Shown here piece by piece: positions 27,567 to 36,439 of a stretch of 64,000 bases of DNA. The translations under genes were made by a program, and so were the position numbers. Source of the stretch: Collinsella sp. (GTDB lineage: Bacteria; Actinomycetota; Coriobacteriia; Coriobacteriales; Coriobacteriaceae); assembly GCA_019425015.1 (NCBI GenBank), contig JAHYYJ010000002.1, forward strand, positions 118,236 to 182,235. Reading direction: 5' to 3'. The notes beneath the pieces are model-generated. The model saw only the letters and a list, made by a program, of their open reading frames with translations, was not told the origin of the DNA and made no database searches. Every line of letters starts with the position of its first letter. Within the stretch, counting starts at the first letter, position 1.

Positions 27567-28871
27567 ATGGCAGAGATGGAGCTTGCGACCCTCATTTGTG
27601 GCGAAATCGCAGGCACTCTCCGGCAAGACGAGCATGGACTCTGCAGCTTTGTATACGCCCCAACCTATCGCGGAGCACCACTATCGCTTACAATGCCGCT
27701 TTCCAATCGCACGTATGGCCATAACATCGTCCGCCCGTTCCTATTTGGCCTTTTGCCCGACAGCCAAGAGCAGCGCCGCGCTATTGCCGCCGAGCATGAC
27801 GTTGCATCCAACAACCCCGTCGCCCTCTTGTGCCATATCGGTCTTGACTGCGCAGGGGCCGTTCAGTTTTGTCGAACCGATCAATTAGGCGCCGCCCGCG
27901 GCAGGGTCTCGGCATACCGCCCGCTTACCAATTCTCAAATCGCTCACAAGCTCAAAGCAATTCGCGATGACGAAAGAGAGACATGGATGGGCTCCAACGA
28001 AAGCTGGTCCCTGGGCGGCAACCAAGGCAAATTTGCACTAGCTTGGCATGATGGCCAATGGTGCGAATGTCTAGGGTCATCCCCCACTACCCATATCTTC
28101 AAAAATGGTGTCGTTGGGTTCAAACATCAGGCCTTAAACGAATTCGTCTGCATGAAAACGGCTCGGCGTGTTGGCATTCCAACTGCCAACGTCTCCTATT
28201 GCACATTTGAAGACGAAGCCGCGCTCGTCGTTGAACGGTACGACAGAATGGTCAATAGCAGCGGAAATATCGAAAGGCTGCATCAGGAGGACTTTTGCCA
28301 GGCGCTCGGTGTATTGCCAAGCCAGAAATACACCGCCGACGGAGGACCAACCACACGAGACATCCAAGAACGACTGATTAACACAGTCCCCCACCACATG
28401 AATCTTGTGCTTTTTACCTATATGTTGTTCTATAACGCCATTATCGGAGCGCCTGACGCACACGCTAAAAACTACTCGCTCATCCTAGGTAAAGGCACAA
28501 ACGCAGCGCTCGCACCCATGTACGATGTCGCATCGGGCTTGGCGTACGAGCGTATGCGCCGCCGGGCGCGCCTTGCCATGAGCGTTGGCGGCGAAAATCG
28601 TGTGGGGCGCATCGGTCCAGGCGCTATCCGCCGATACCACGGTATGGGCGACCCCGCGCTGGAGGCGGCGCTTACCGATGCCGGGCTATCCGAGAAGTTT
28701 TGCTTTGCGACCATGATGGACCTCGCCTACGAGGTACCCATGTGCATGGAAGAGATCATGGACGAATACGCCGACCTGCCCGGCATGGCGGACCTGCGCG
28801 AGCATATGCTCGGACCCGTCCGCGAAAACTGCCAGCGCACCCTCGATCTCATCAGGGCAGAAATGGACTAG
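27567..28871 (+). CDS. hipA: HipA-family serine/threonine kinase toxin
   Basis: HipA N-terminal and coupling regions (LFGLLPDSQEQR, LDCAGAVQF, SLGGNQGKFAL) and kinase core (DAHAKNYS). Confidence 0.85.
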   Translation: MAEMELATLICGEIAGTLRQDEHGLCSFVYAPTYRGAPLSLTMPLSNRTYGHNIVRPFLFGLLPDSQEQRRAIAAEHDVASNNPVALLCHIGLDCAGAVQFCRTDQLGAARGRVSAYRPLTNSQIAHKLKAIRDDERETWMGSNESWSLGGNQGKFALAWHDGQWCECLGSSPTTHIFKNGVVGFKHQALNEFVCMKTARRVGIPTANVSYCTFEDEAALVVERYDRMVNSSGNIERLHQEDFCQALGVLPSQKYTADGGPTTRDIQERLINTVPHHMNLVLFTYMLFYNAIIGAPDAHAKNYSLILGKGTNAALAPMYDVASGLAYERMRRRARLAMSVGGENRVGRIGPGAIRRYHGMGDPALEAALTDAGLSEKFCFATMMDLAYEVPMCMEEIMDEYADLPGMADLREHMLGPVRENCQRTLDLIRAEMD

Positions 28872-28903
28872 GTGGCTGTAATTTCGCAATTATCAAACAA
28901 AAG

Positions 28904-28947
28904 AGAGGGGGGGGGCACCCGTCGCAAAAGCTCGGATGCCCCCCTCA
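28904..28947. terminator. bidirectional hairpin between convergent hipA and pepD; contains a G9 tract
   Basis: GAGGGGGGGGGCACC...GGATGCCCCCCTC. G-run at 28907-28915. Confidence 0.45.
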
Positions 28948-29001
28948 TAATGTCATTTGCAATCCGCTAGCACGTGGCTCGAACTGCTGCTAGCGCGACC
29001 C

Positions 29002-30459
29002 TTACGCGGCAAGGCGCTTGAGGACGTCGATGAGCAGCTCGTAGAAGCGCTCGGCAGAAGCGAGCTCCATGCTCTCGTCCGGGGTGTGGACATCGGAGAG
29101 CGTCGGGCCCACGGCGATGGCGTCCAGGCCGTGCAGGGCCTCAGCAAACAGGCCGCACTCAAGGCCGGCGTGAATGGACTCGATGCGCAGCTCGGAGCCA
29201 AAGAGCTCGCGATAGCTCTCGACAAAAACGTCGCGGACCGGCGAATGCTCGGCATAGCTCCAGCCGGGATACTCGAACTCGAACTTGGCGTCGAAGCCCA
29301 AGACATCGGCCAGCGTCTGCAGGCGGTCCTTGAACTCGTTCTGCAGCGAGGTGATCGAGGAGCGCGGGGACAGCATGATCTTGACCTGGTCGTCGGAAGT
29401 AGCGACCACGCCGATGTTGGAGGAAACCTCGACGGAGCCGTCGGTGGCGACGTTGCGGCGAATCACGCCGTTAGGGGCAAGACGCAGGGCGCGGATGAGG
29501 GCAAGCGCGGACTTCTGATCCATGGCCTCGACCTCGGCGTCATCGGCAATCTCGACGGTGCAGGTAAAGCCGGGGTCGAAGACCTCGAGCTCGGCAGTGA
29601 CGTCGGCGATGATGCCCTTTGCGATCTGGGCCGCGGCCTCGGCGGCAGCGTGGTCGGCGTAAACCAGCTCGGCCTTGCACTCACGGTTGATGGCGTTGTC
29701 CTTAGTGCCGCCGTTAAAGCTAACGATGGCGGGCTCGCCGGCGACCATCAGGCGGTCGATGATGCGGGCCATGATGAGGTTGCCGTTGCCGCGCTCCAGG
29801 TTGATATCGTTGCCGGAATGACCACCCAGTAGGCCGGAGATGTCGAGCGTGAGGGTGCTGCCGGTCTTGTGCTCGCGCACGATGGGGCAGGTGTAGGTAA
29901 CAACGACGCCGCCGGCGCAGCTGACGGTGGCAACGCCCTCTTCCTCGGAGTCAAGGTTAATCATGGTGCGGGCGCTAATCTGGGACTTGTCGAGCGTCTC
30001 GGCGCCGACCAGGCCAGTCTCCTCGTCGGTGGTGAATACGCACTCGAGGGCGGGGTGAACGATCGAATCGTCATCGAGAACAGTGAGCATCAGAGCGACG
30101 GCGATACCGTTGTCGGCGCCCAGGGTGGTGCCGTTAGCGGTGAGGACGCCGTCCTTCACGACCAGGTCGATACCGTCGGTCGTAAAGTCGTGCTCAACAG
30201 AGCCCAACTTGTCGCACACCATATCGATGTGGCCCTGCAGCATCACGGTCGGGGCATTCTCGGCGCCGGCAGAAGCGGGCTTGCGAATGATGACGTTGTA
30301 GACCTCGTCCTGGTACACATCGAGGCCGCGCTCCTTGGCAAACGCAACCAGGAAATCGCTGATGCCCTTCTCGTTGCCAGACCCACGGGGGATCGCGCTG
30401 ACCTCCTCAAAGAAATGGAACAGCTGGGCGGGCTCGTAGCCGGTAATCTTGTAGTCCAT
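29002..30459 (-). CDS. pepD: aminoacyl-histidine dipeptidase (M20C, PepD)
   Basis: ORF 29002..30564. Start at ATG 30459 (MDYKITGYEPAQLFHFFEE) after AAGGAGG. Motifs HIDMV and GADNGIAVA. Confidence 0.85.
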   Translation of the reverse strand: MDYKITGYEPAQLFHFFEEVSAIPRGSGNEKGISDFLVAFAKERGLDVYQDEVYNVIIRKPASAGAENAPTVMLQGHIDMVCDKLGSVEHDFTTDGIDLVVKDGVLTANGTTLGADNGIAVALMLTVLDDDSIVHPALECVFTTDEETGLVGAETLDKSQISARTMINLDSEEEGVATVSCAGGVVVTYTCPIVREHKTGSTLTLDISGLLGGHSGNDINLERGNGNLIMARIIDRLMVAGEPAIVSFNGGTKDNAINRECKAELVYADHAAAEAAAQIAKGIIADVTAELEVFDPGFTCTVEIADDAEVEAMDQKSALALIRALRLAPNGVIRRNVATDGSVEVSSNIGVVATSDDQVKIMLSPRSSITSLQNEFKDRLQTLADVLGFDAKFEFEYPGWSYAEHSPVRDVFVESYRELFGSELRIESIHAGLECGLFAEALHGLDAIAVGPTLSDVHTPDESMELASAERFYELLIDVLKRLAA

Positions 30460-30607
30460 GGTGCCTCCTTGGCGCAACTGGTTAGACAGTAAGATATGCG
30501 ACTTGTATATTCCCAGACTTTGCGTGCATAAACCAGTCGAAAACGCCGAGCGCCCTTGCATCATCGGCTAACGGTGAGGAAACGCCACTTTATCAAGGTA
30601 AAGCAAG

Positions 30608-31129
30608 CTAGACGGGCCGTGCAGAGGGAACGTTGGACCCCCCAACCAACCTCAACGCCTGTTGAACATTAATGCATACACCATTGGTATGTTTAATAAG
30701 ATTCTTGTCCTCCGTCACGACGTAATCGGCATCAATGCGATTGGCGACGCCCAGCATCAGGTCGTCCTCAAAGTCATTGTGGTGGTACTTGAACACAAAG
30801 GAGTCGAAGACCTCGTCTGCACCGACCGGGGCGATGAGGGCTAGCTCGCGCATCTGTCGAACGCATGCCCAGGCCGTTTCGTCTGCCGCCGCAATGGCGT
30901 TATCGCTCAGTGAGCCAGTCTTTCTTCGGCACTCCTGCTTGATTGCCGCCGAGACAAGATATGAAACGTCTTTGACCGAAAGCGACGAGGCAAACAGGGC
31001 AATCCGCTCCGAGGCGTCGGCAATCTCGATCAGATGGACGACATTTGCCGTACGGACGGACCTGCCAGAAAAATAATCCATCCATACGTTGGTATCGATT
31101 AACAGCTTGAGGACGCCTTCTGTGCTCAT
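30608..31129 (-). CDS. PIN-domain toxin (VapC-like)
   Basis: ORF 30608..31141. LLIDTNVWMDYF with acidic residues ...VTEDKNL. ATGA overlap with the antitoxin stop. Confidence 0.75.
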   Translation of the reverse strand: MSTEGVLKLLIDTNVWMDYFSGRSVRTANVVHLIEIADASERIALFASSLSVKDVSYLVSAAIKQECRRKTGSLSDNAIAAADETAWACVRQMRELALIAPVGADEVFDSFVFKYHHNDFEDDLMLGVANRIDADYVVTEDKNLIKHTNGVCINVQQALRLVGGSNVPSARPV

Positions 31130-31485
31130 AGTTCCACCCACTCGGGATAGCGCTCCGCCATGGCCTCCTCATAGAGGTCGTCATAGTCTCCCGAGAACTC
31201 AGGGATGGGGATGCCGTATTTGAGGCACGAATCGCGAACGATATGGCTGCCTTGCGCGGCCCTTGACTCCATGCGCCGGGGCTCCACTCCGTCAGAAACC
31301 GGAGCCGCCGCGTCTCCCTTCGAGGGCATGCGTCCGTTAACGACCAGATACTCCCAAAGTGTCCGAACGGCTTGTGACGGCGTCATGCCAATATGAGTCA
31401 GGACGGCGTCTCCCGCCTCTTTGAGCTGGCGATCTATACGCACGTTCATCTGAACTGGCCGCGTGTCGAGTATTGACGTAGGCAT
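31126..31485 (-). CDS. RelB/DinJ-family antitoxin with extended C-terminus
   Basis: RHH N-terminus MNVRIDRQLKEAGDAVLTHIGMTPSQAVRTLWEYLV. Confidence 0.7.
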   Translation of the reverse strand: MPTSILDTRPVQMNVRIDRQLKEAGDAVLTHIGMTPSQAVRTLWEYLVVNGRMPSKGDAAAPVSDGVEPRRMESRAAQGSHIVRDSCLKYGIPIPEFSGDYDDLYEEAMAERYPEWVEL

Positions 31486-31497
31486 ATCAGCTCCTTT

Positions 31498-31526
31498 GCT
31501 ATACTATATCTCGATTTTAGTATAGC
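31498..31526 (-). promoter_or_regulatory. inverted repeat/promoter of the relB-PIN operon
   Basis: GCTATACTA N11 TAGTATAGC. Provides TATAGT/TATACT -10-like hexamers about 20 nt upstream of the ATG. Confidence 0.5.
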
Positions 31527-31557
31527 ACGGCAGATTGAAGCGCATTTCAATAGAAAT

Positions 31558-31586
31558 GAGGGCGCTTCCTTATCGGAAACGCCCCC
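31558..31586 (-). terminator. terminator of clpC
   Basis: GGGCGTTTCC gataa GGAAGCGCCC, then TCATTTC, on the minus strand. Confidence 0.5.
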
Positions 31587-31609
31587 GTTATACAAGGTAT
31601 GTTCAATCC

Positions 31610-34252
31610 CTACAGCGCACCAGAGCCGGCTTGCATCATGCCACCGGGGCCCGAGGTCACGCCGCCGCTCACGGGCGCGGCGTTGCCGGTGTGCGGTGCC
31701 GCCGGGGCGGTATCGCCACCGAGCGTACCTGCCGGACGCCGCGCCGGAATCTCGCCCGTGCCGTGGCTAAAGACGAACTTGCCATCGGCCACGTCGCACA
31801 GGACGGTATCGCCCTCGCCCCACTCACCGGCCAGAAGCTCCTCGGACAGCGGGTCCTCGATGAGCTTTTGAATAGCACGGCGCAGCGGACGCGCACCGTT
31901 GGTGAGGTCGGTGCCCTCGGCCACGATCTTGTCATAGGCCGCATCGGTGAGCTTGATGTTCATGCCGTTGGCAATCAGACGCTGGCGCAGGTCGTCCACC
32001 AGCAGGTGCGCGATCTTGGTGAGATTCTCGCCCGAGAGCTTCTGGAACACCACGATGTCGTCGATGCGGTTGAGCAGCTCGGGGCGGAACAGGCGCTTAA
32101 GCTCGCCCATCGCGCGGCCGCGGATCTCACTCGAGGTGAGGCCCTGCTCGCCGGTGGTGCCAAAGCCAACGCTTGCATCCTGCGCAATCTCGCGGGCGCC
32201 CACGTTGGATGTCATGATGATCACGGTGTTGCGGAAGTCGACCGTCTTGCCCTGGCTATCGGTCAGACGACCCTCCTCCAGCACCTGCAGCAGGATGTTG
32301 AAGATATCGGGGTGCGCCTTCTCGATCTCGTCGAACAGCACGACCGAGTACGGGTGGCGACGAACGGCCTTGGTGAGCTGGCCGCCCTCGTCGTGACCGA
32401 CGTAACCCGGAGGGCTACCGATGAGCTTGGAGACCTCGAACTCGCTACCGAACTCGGACATGTCGAAGCTGATGAGTGCGTCCTTGCTGCCAAAGAGGTA
32501 CTCGGCGAGCGTCTTGGCGAGCTCGGTCTTGCCCGTGCCGGTGGGACCCAGGAAGATAAAGCTGCCGCCGGGGCGACGCGGATCCTTGAGCGGCGAGCGG
32601 CTGCGGCGCACGGCCTTGGCAACTGCCTCGACAGCCTCATCCTGACCGATGATACGTGTCTTGAGCACGCTTTCGACCTGCAGCAGGCGCCGGCTCTCGC
32701 TCTCGGTAAGCGAGGACACCGGCACGCCCGAGGTCACGGACACGATATCGGCGATCTGGGAGACATCGATGGTGAGCGGGCTGGCGTCGAGCTCGGCGGT
32801 CCAGGCAGCCTTGGCCTCGGCGAGTTCAATCTCAGCAGCCTTCTGCTGCTCGGTGATCTCGGCGGCCTTGTTCATGTCGTCGCTCTCGGTGGCCTCCTGC
32901 GCGGCGGCCCTGAGCTCCTCGATGCGATGCTCGGCCTCGCGCACCGGCTCGGGCGCGCGATTCGCGGCGATGCGAGCGCGGGCACCGGCCTCGTCGATGA
33001 GGTCGATTGCCTTATCGGGCAGGAAACGATCCTGGATGTAGCGGTTGGAGAGGTTCGCGGCGGCCTCGATGGCACCCTGCGTGTAACGCACGTGGTGGTG
33101 CTCCTCGTAGCGCGGCTTGAGCGCAGTCAGAATCTTGACGGTGTCCTCGACACTCGGCTCCTCGACATCGATGGTCTGGAAGCGACGCTCGAAAGCCGGG
33201 TCCTTGGTGAGATACTTGCGGAACTCCTCGGCCGTGGTGGCGCCGATAATCTGGAAGGCACCGCGCGCGAGCACGGGCTTGAGCATGGAGCTCGCGTCGA
33301 TGGAGCCCTCGGCAGAACCGGCACCGATGATGGTGTGCATCTCGTCGATAAACAGGATGACGTCGTCGGCTTCGGTCGCCTCCTGGATCACGTTCTTAAG
33401 GCGCTCCTCAAACTCACCACGATACTTGGCGCCCGCGACAAGACCCGGCAGATCGAGCGTCCAGATGTTCTGGTTCATAAGATTCTCGGGCACGTTGCCG
33501 GCAGCGATCTGCTGCGCCAGGCCCTCGACGATGGCCGTCTTGCCCACACCGGGGTCACCCAAGATAAGCGGGTTGTTCTTGGTGCGGCGCGAAAGGATCT
33601 CCATCATGCGCTGGACTTCCCTTTCGCGACCGATCACGGGGTCGAGCTCGCCGTCGCGCGCCTTTTGCGTGAGGTTGGTGGCGAACTGCTTGAGCGTATC
33701 GGCACCGCTCCCCTTTTGCTGCGAGGCGTCCGAACCGCTAAAGAACGGCAGGCCCGCACCGGGACGCCCGGCACCGGCGCCGGCGAGCGGACGCTTCTTG
33801 TCCTGATCCTTGGCGGTAAGCTTCTCGATGGCTTTTTTAATGGAAGCGGACGACACACCTAGGCGCATGAGGATGTCCATGGCCATGCCGTTGCCCTCTT
33901 CGACGATACCGATGAGCAGGTGCTCGGTCGACACATAGGTCTGGTTGTTCTCGCGCGCCACGCGGAAGGAGCGCTCCATCACGCTTATGACGAGCGGTGT
34001 AAAGGCGAGCTTTGCGGCCTCGGTCTCCTCGCTGGGCTCGGGAACGGTAGTCTGGACCTCTTTGAGTGTGTCCATGATGTCGTCGTAGGAGATATCGAGC
34101 GAGCGCAGCGCCTCGGCGGCAATGCCCTCGTCCTCCTTGGCGAGCGCGAGCAGCAGGTGCTCGGTGCCCACCTTATTTGAGTGAAGATCGAGCGCCTCTT
34201 GCTTGGCCATGGACATGACCTTGCGCGCGCGATCGGTAAAACGGTCTAACAT
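31610..34252 (-). CDS. clpC: ATP-dependent Clp protease ATP-binding subunit ClpC
   Basis: Clp_N repeats and two AAA+ modules ([16 protein letters not shown]). Has a Gly/Pro-rich C-terminal tail. Confidence 0.95.
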   Translation of the reverse strand: MLDRFTDRARKVMSMAKQEALDLHSNKVGTEHLLLALAKEDEGIAAEALRSLDISYDDIMDTLKEVQTTVPEPSEETEAAKLAFTPLVISVMERSFRVARENNQTYVSTEHLLIGIVEEGNGMAMDILMRLGVSSASIKKAIEKLTAKDQDKKRPLAGAGAGRPGAGLPFFSGSDASQQKGSGADTLKQFATNLTQKARDGELDPVIGREREVQRMMEILSRRTKNNPLILGDPGVGKTAIVEGLAQQIAAGNVPENLMNQNIWTLDLPGLVAGAKYRGEFEERLKNVIQEATEADDVILFIDEMHTIIGAGSAEGSIDASSMLKPVLARGAFQIIGATTAEEFRKYLTKDPAFERRFQTIDVEEPSVEDTVKILTALKPRYEEHHHVRYTQGAIEAAANLSNRYIQDRFLPDKAIDLIDEAGARARIAANRAPEPVREAEHRIEELRAAAQEATESDDMNKAAEITEQQKAAEIELAEAKAAWTAELDASPLTIDVSQIADIVSVTSGVPVSSLTESESRRLLQVESVLKTRIIGQDEAVEAVAKAVRRSRSPLKDPRRPGGSFIFLGPTGTGKTELAKTLAEYLFGSKDALISFDMSEFGSEFEVSKLIGSPPGYVGHDEGGQLTKAVRRHPYSVVLFDEIEKAHPDIFNILLQVLEEGRLTDSQGKTVDFRNTVIIMTSNVGAREIAQDASVGFGTTGEQGLTSSEIRGRAMGELKRLFRPELLNRIDDIVVFQKLSGENLTKIAHLLVDDLRQRLIANGMNIKLTDAAYDKIVAEGTDLTNGARPLRRAIQKLIEDPLSEELLAGEWGEGDTVLCDVADGKFVFSHGTGEIPARRPAGTLGGDTAPAAPHTGNAAPVSGGVTSGPGGMMQAGSGAL

Positions 34253-34425
34253 GCTAGTTCCTCTTAGACGAGCTAGTTTTTCAAACGCAAAGCGCCGCCC
34301 CGCGGCAGCGCTTTGGTCTCTTTACCCATATGGAGTATATGTTAACCGTTGGGACCTTTCCTGCCCGTAGCCGCTCGACAACGTCTACAAAAAAGGAATT
34401 GCCAGGTGCGTCTGCATCGGCCCAA

Positions 34426-34519
34426 CGAGCGTGGATTTTCGGACACCCATTCCACGAGCGTGGATAATCTCCCGTTTTGAGCCCGTAAACAGGCCAAAAA
34501 CGGGAGATTATCCACGTTC
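34426..34519. repeat. cluster B of the 19-mer repeat family with a perfect 20-bp palindrome
   Basis: Copies at 34426-34446, 34455-34473 and, inverted, 34502-34519. Palindrome arms at 34459-34478 and 34497-34516. Confidence 0.85.
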
Positions 34520-34550
34520 ATGTTTTGCGGATCAGTTTCATTTGCACCAA

Positions 34551-36119
34551 TTAGCTGGTGTGGCGCCAGCGAGAGTCGGTGAGGGTTCTCGCCACGCCCA
34601 GGCCAACGGGCAGAAACGCCACAATGAGCACTGCACGCACAAACCAGCCGAGCATATTGACCGTGTCGAAGGTGCACATGTAATACATCGAGCGATACAG
34701 ATACAAGCCCGGCACCATAATGACAATCGATGGCACCGTGAGGGCGATACGTGGGTAGGTGAGCTTGATTTCGGCTAAGCTCGCGAGCAGCCCCGATACC
34801 AGCGCGCCGATAAACGCTGCCGCCTCGGGAGGCATACCTACGCTCAGGCCCAGAAAGGGAAACAGCGTCGGCGCATCGACGAGCGTAAGGCGCAAGGTAT
34901 TGGACACGGCGCCGATCAGCCCAGCTGCCGCGGCCATCTTTACCGGGCTGTTGAACATCACCGAGAAGCCGAATACGCCAACAAAGCTCATCACCACGCG
35001 CAGGAGCGTAAGGGCAAGCGGCGAAAGGCCGAGCGGGGCAAAATCATCCGGTGCCAGCCCCACACACTCGGCAACCATCCAGCCCACAAGGGTCGCCATC
35101 ACAATAATCGACACGGCATACGAAAGACGCTCAATGCCGCTTCGCATATCGAGCTTAGCGATGTCGAGGCCTGCCGTAATGAGGGGAAAGCCGGGAATCA
35201 CAAAGAGCATGGCGCCGATATAGCCTTCTTGGTGCGACATTGCCCCCGGTACGACCTGGCCAAGGCCGAGCAATGCCAGCAGATACGAAACGCAAGCGAG
35301 CGCAACGCCAATCGTCAGCGCGCTAAACTGGCCAAGACCCTGCTTGAGAATATGAGAGCGAGCAAAGTTGCCAACACCAGCGCCTACGAATGCGCAGGCC
35401 ATCTCGATAGGGCCGCCGCCGAGCAAAAAGACGAAGGCGCCGCAAGCACAAGCTGCCGCAAGGCCCTGTTGCCAGGGAGAGTAATCGGGTTTTGAACTCT
35501 CAACGGTCTTGAGCATCTCGTGGTATTCGTGCACGGTAAACCGGCGCCCATACGTCTCGATTTCCTTTAGGAAGCTCTCCATCATCCAAATGCGATGGGT
35601 ATTGACTCCCGTTGTGGGCAGGCTGACAACCTCGTTAAAGCAGTGGCCATCTTCGATGCAGGTGCACTCAAACGACAGAAGACTTAAGTCAACGTGGACG
35701 GTGACATCGAGTACGGCGGCAACGCGATTCATGGTATCGCGTACACGCCAAGCACCCGTTCCGCTCGCGAGCATAAGCATACCGGTGCGGCAGATGATGG
35801 ATGACTTATCGGTGAGCGGCGCATCGACGGCAAGCTCATCGCCTGCCGTCACGATCTGGTGCCAGTCTGTTTTCATATGGAGTGCGCCGGCACGAACACC
35901 GTGGTGCATGGGGGCTCTCGAAAGCAGCGAGTCAAGGCGCGAAGACTGTGGGGGCTCCGTTGATTCGTCCTCAACCTCATCAGTCTCTTCATCGACCAGA
36001 TCAAATGAGTCAAGCGATGCCGGCTCGCGACGATCGATTAGCTCCTCATCCTCATCGTCAAAGTAATTGAACTGATCGAGCATGTCCTCTTCGATTGCAC
36101 GCTCGCTCGCGTCGTCCAT
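34551..36119 (-). CDS. threonine/serine exporter family protein (fused ThrE N and C modules) with acidic N-terminal extension
   Basis: Acidic N-terminal tail about 70 aa long, then ~10 TM helices with the ThrE-family pattern. Confidence 0.7.
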   Translation of the reverse strand: MDDASERAIEEDMLDQFNYFDDEDEELIDRREPASLDSFDLVDEETDEVEDESTEPPQSSRLDSLLSRAPMHHGVRAGALHMKTDWHQIVTAGDELAVDAPLTDKSSIICRTGMLMLASGTGAWRVRDTMNRVAAVLDVTVHVDLSLLSFECTCIEDGHCFNEVVSLPTTGVNTHRIWMMESFLKEIETYGRRFTVHEYHEMLKTVESSKPDYSPWQQGLAAACACGAFVFLLGGGPIEMACAFVGAGVGNFARSHILKQGLGQFSALTIGVALACVSYLLALLGLGQVVPGAMSHQEGYIGAMLFVIPGFPLITAGLDIAKLDMRSGIERLSYAVSIIVMATLVGWMVAECVGLAPDDFAPLGLSPLALTLLRVVMSFVGVFGFSVMFNSPVKMAAAAGLIGAVSNTLRLTLVDAPTLFPFLGLSVGMPPEAAAFIGALVSGLLASLAEIKLTYPRIALTVPSIVIMVPGLYLYRSMYYMCTFDTVNMLGWFVRAVLIVAFLPVGLGVARTLTDSRWRHTS

Positions 36120-36255
36120 ATAGACGCTCCCTTCCTACCGACTAACCCCCATCCTAGGCAGCAACGGCTAAAGGAAACATAAAAGAGACGGCTGCCATGC
36201 GAGCCATGTGCTCAATAGCCGTTGGGTAGTCGTTTAAGAACGTCCCCAATGACTA

Positions 36256-36436
36256 TTGACGGCCAAGGCAACGCCGATGTTTTGGCAACGACAGCGAGCG
36301 GGTCGCATTTGAGACAAGGTGACGTGAAACGAAAGGGCGCTGACCTTCTGGTCGCGCCCTTGAAGTTGAACGTCAGATTGTCCAAATGCGGCCCGCGCAG
36401 CGTCGAGCCGTTACGCGGTTCGTAGAACCGCGTAAC
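36256..36436. ncRNA. unassigned structured element, copy B (paralog of 3716-3897)
   Basis: Same length and architecture as copy A. Helices 36298-36315/36380-36396, 36320-36325/36370-36375, 36333-36340/36354-36361 and 36410-36420/36426-36436. Confidence 0.5.
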
Positions 36437-36439
36437 CCC

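Noticed and set aside
31535-33862. 775-aa plus-strand ORF
   Set aside because: It is an antisense shadow of clpC with no recognisable domains. The same reasoning applies to 36386-38536 (opposite lysS), 59152-60807 (opposite groEL), 5766-7238 (opposite asnS), 22255-23814 (opposite cysS), 44814-46337 (opposite murE), 47185-48456 (opposite asnB) and 17917-19161 (opposite tuf).
34253-34425. CtsR or ClgR operator upstream of clpC
   Set aside because: There is no GGTCAAA tandem repeat. The CAAAGCGC...GCGCTTTG hairpin is more simply a terminator or structure, so evidence is insufficient.
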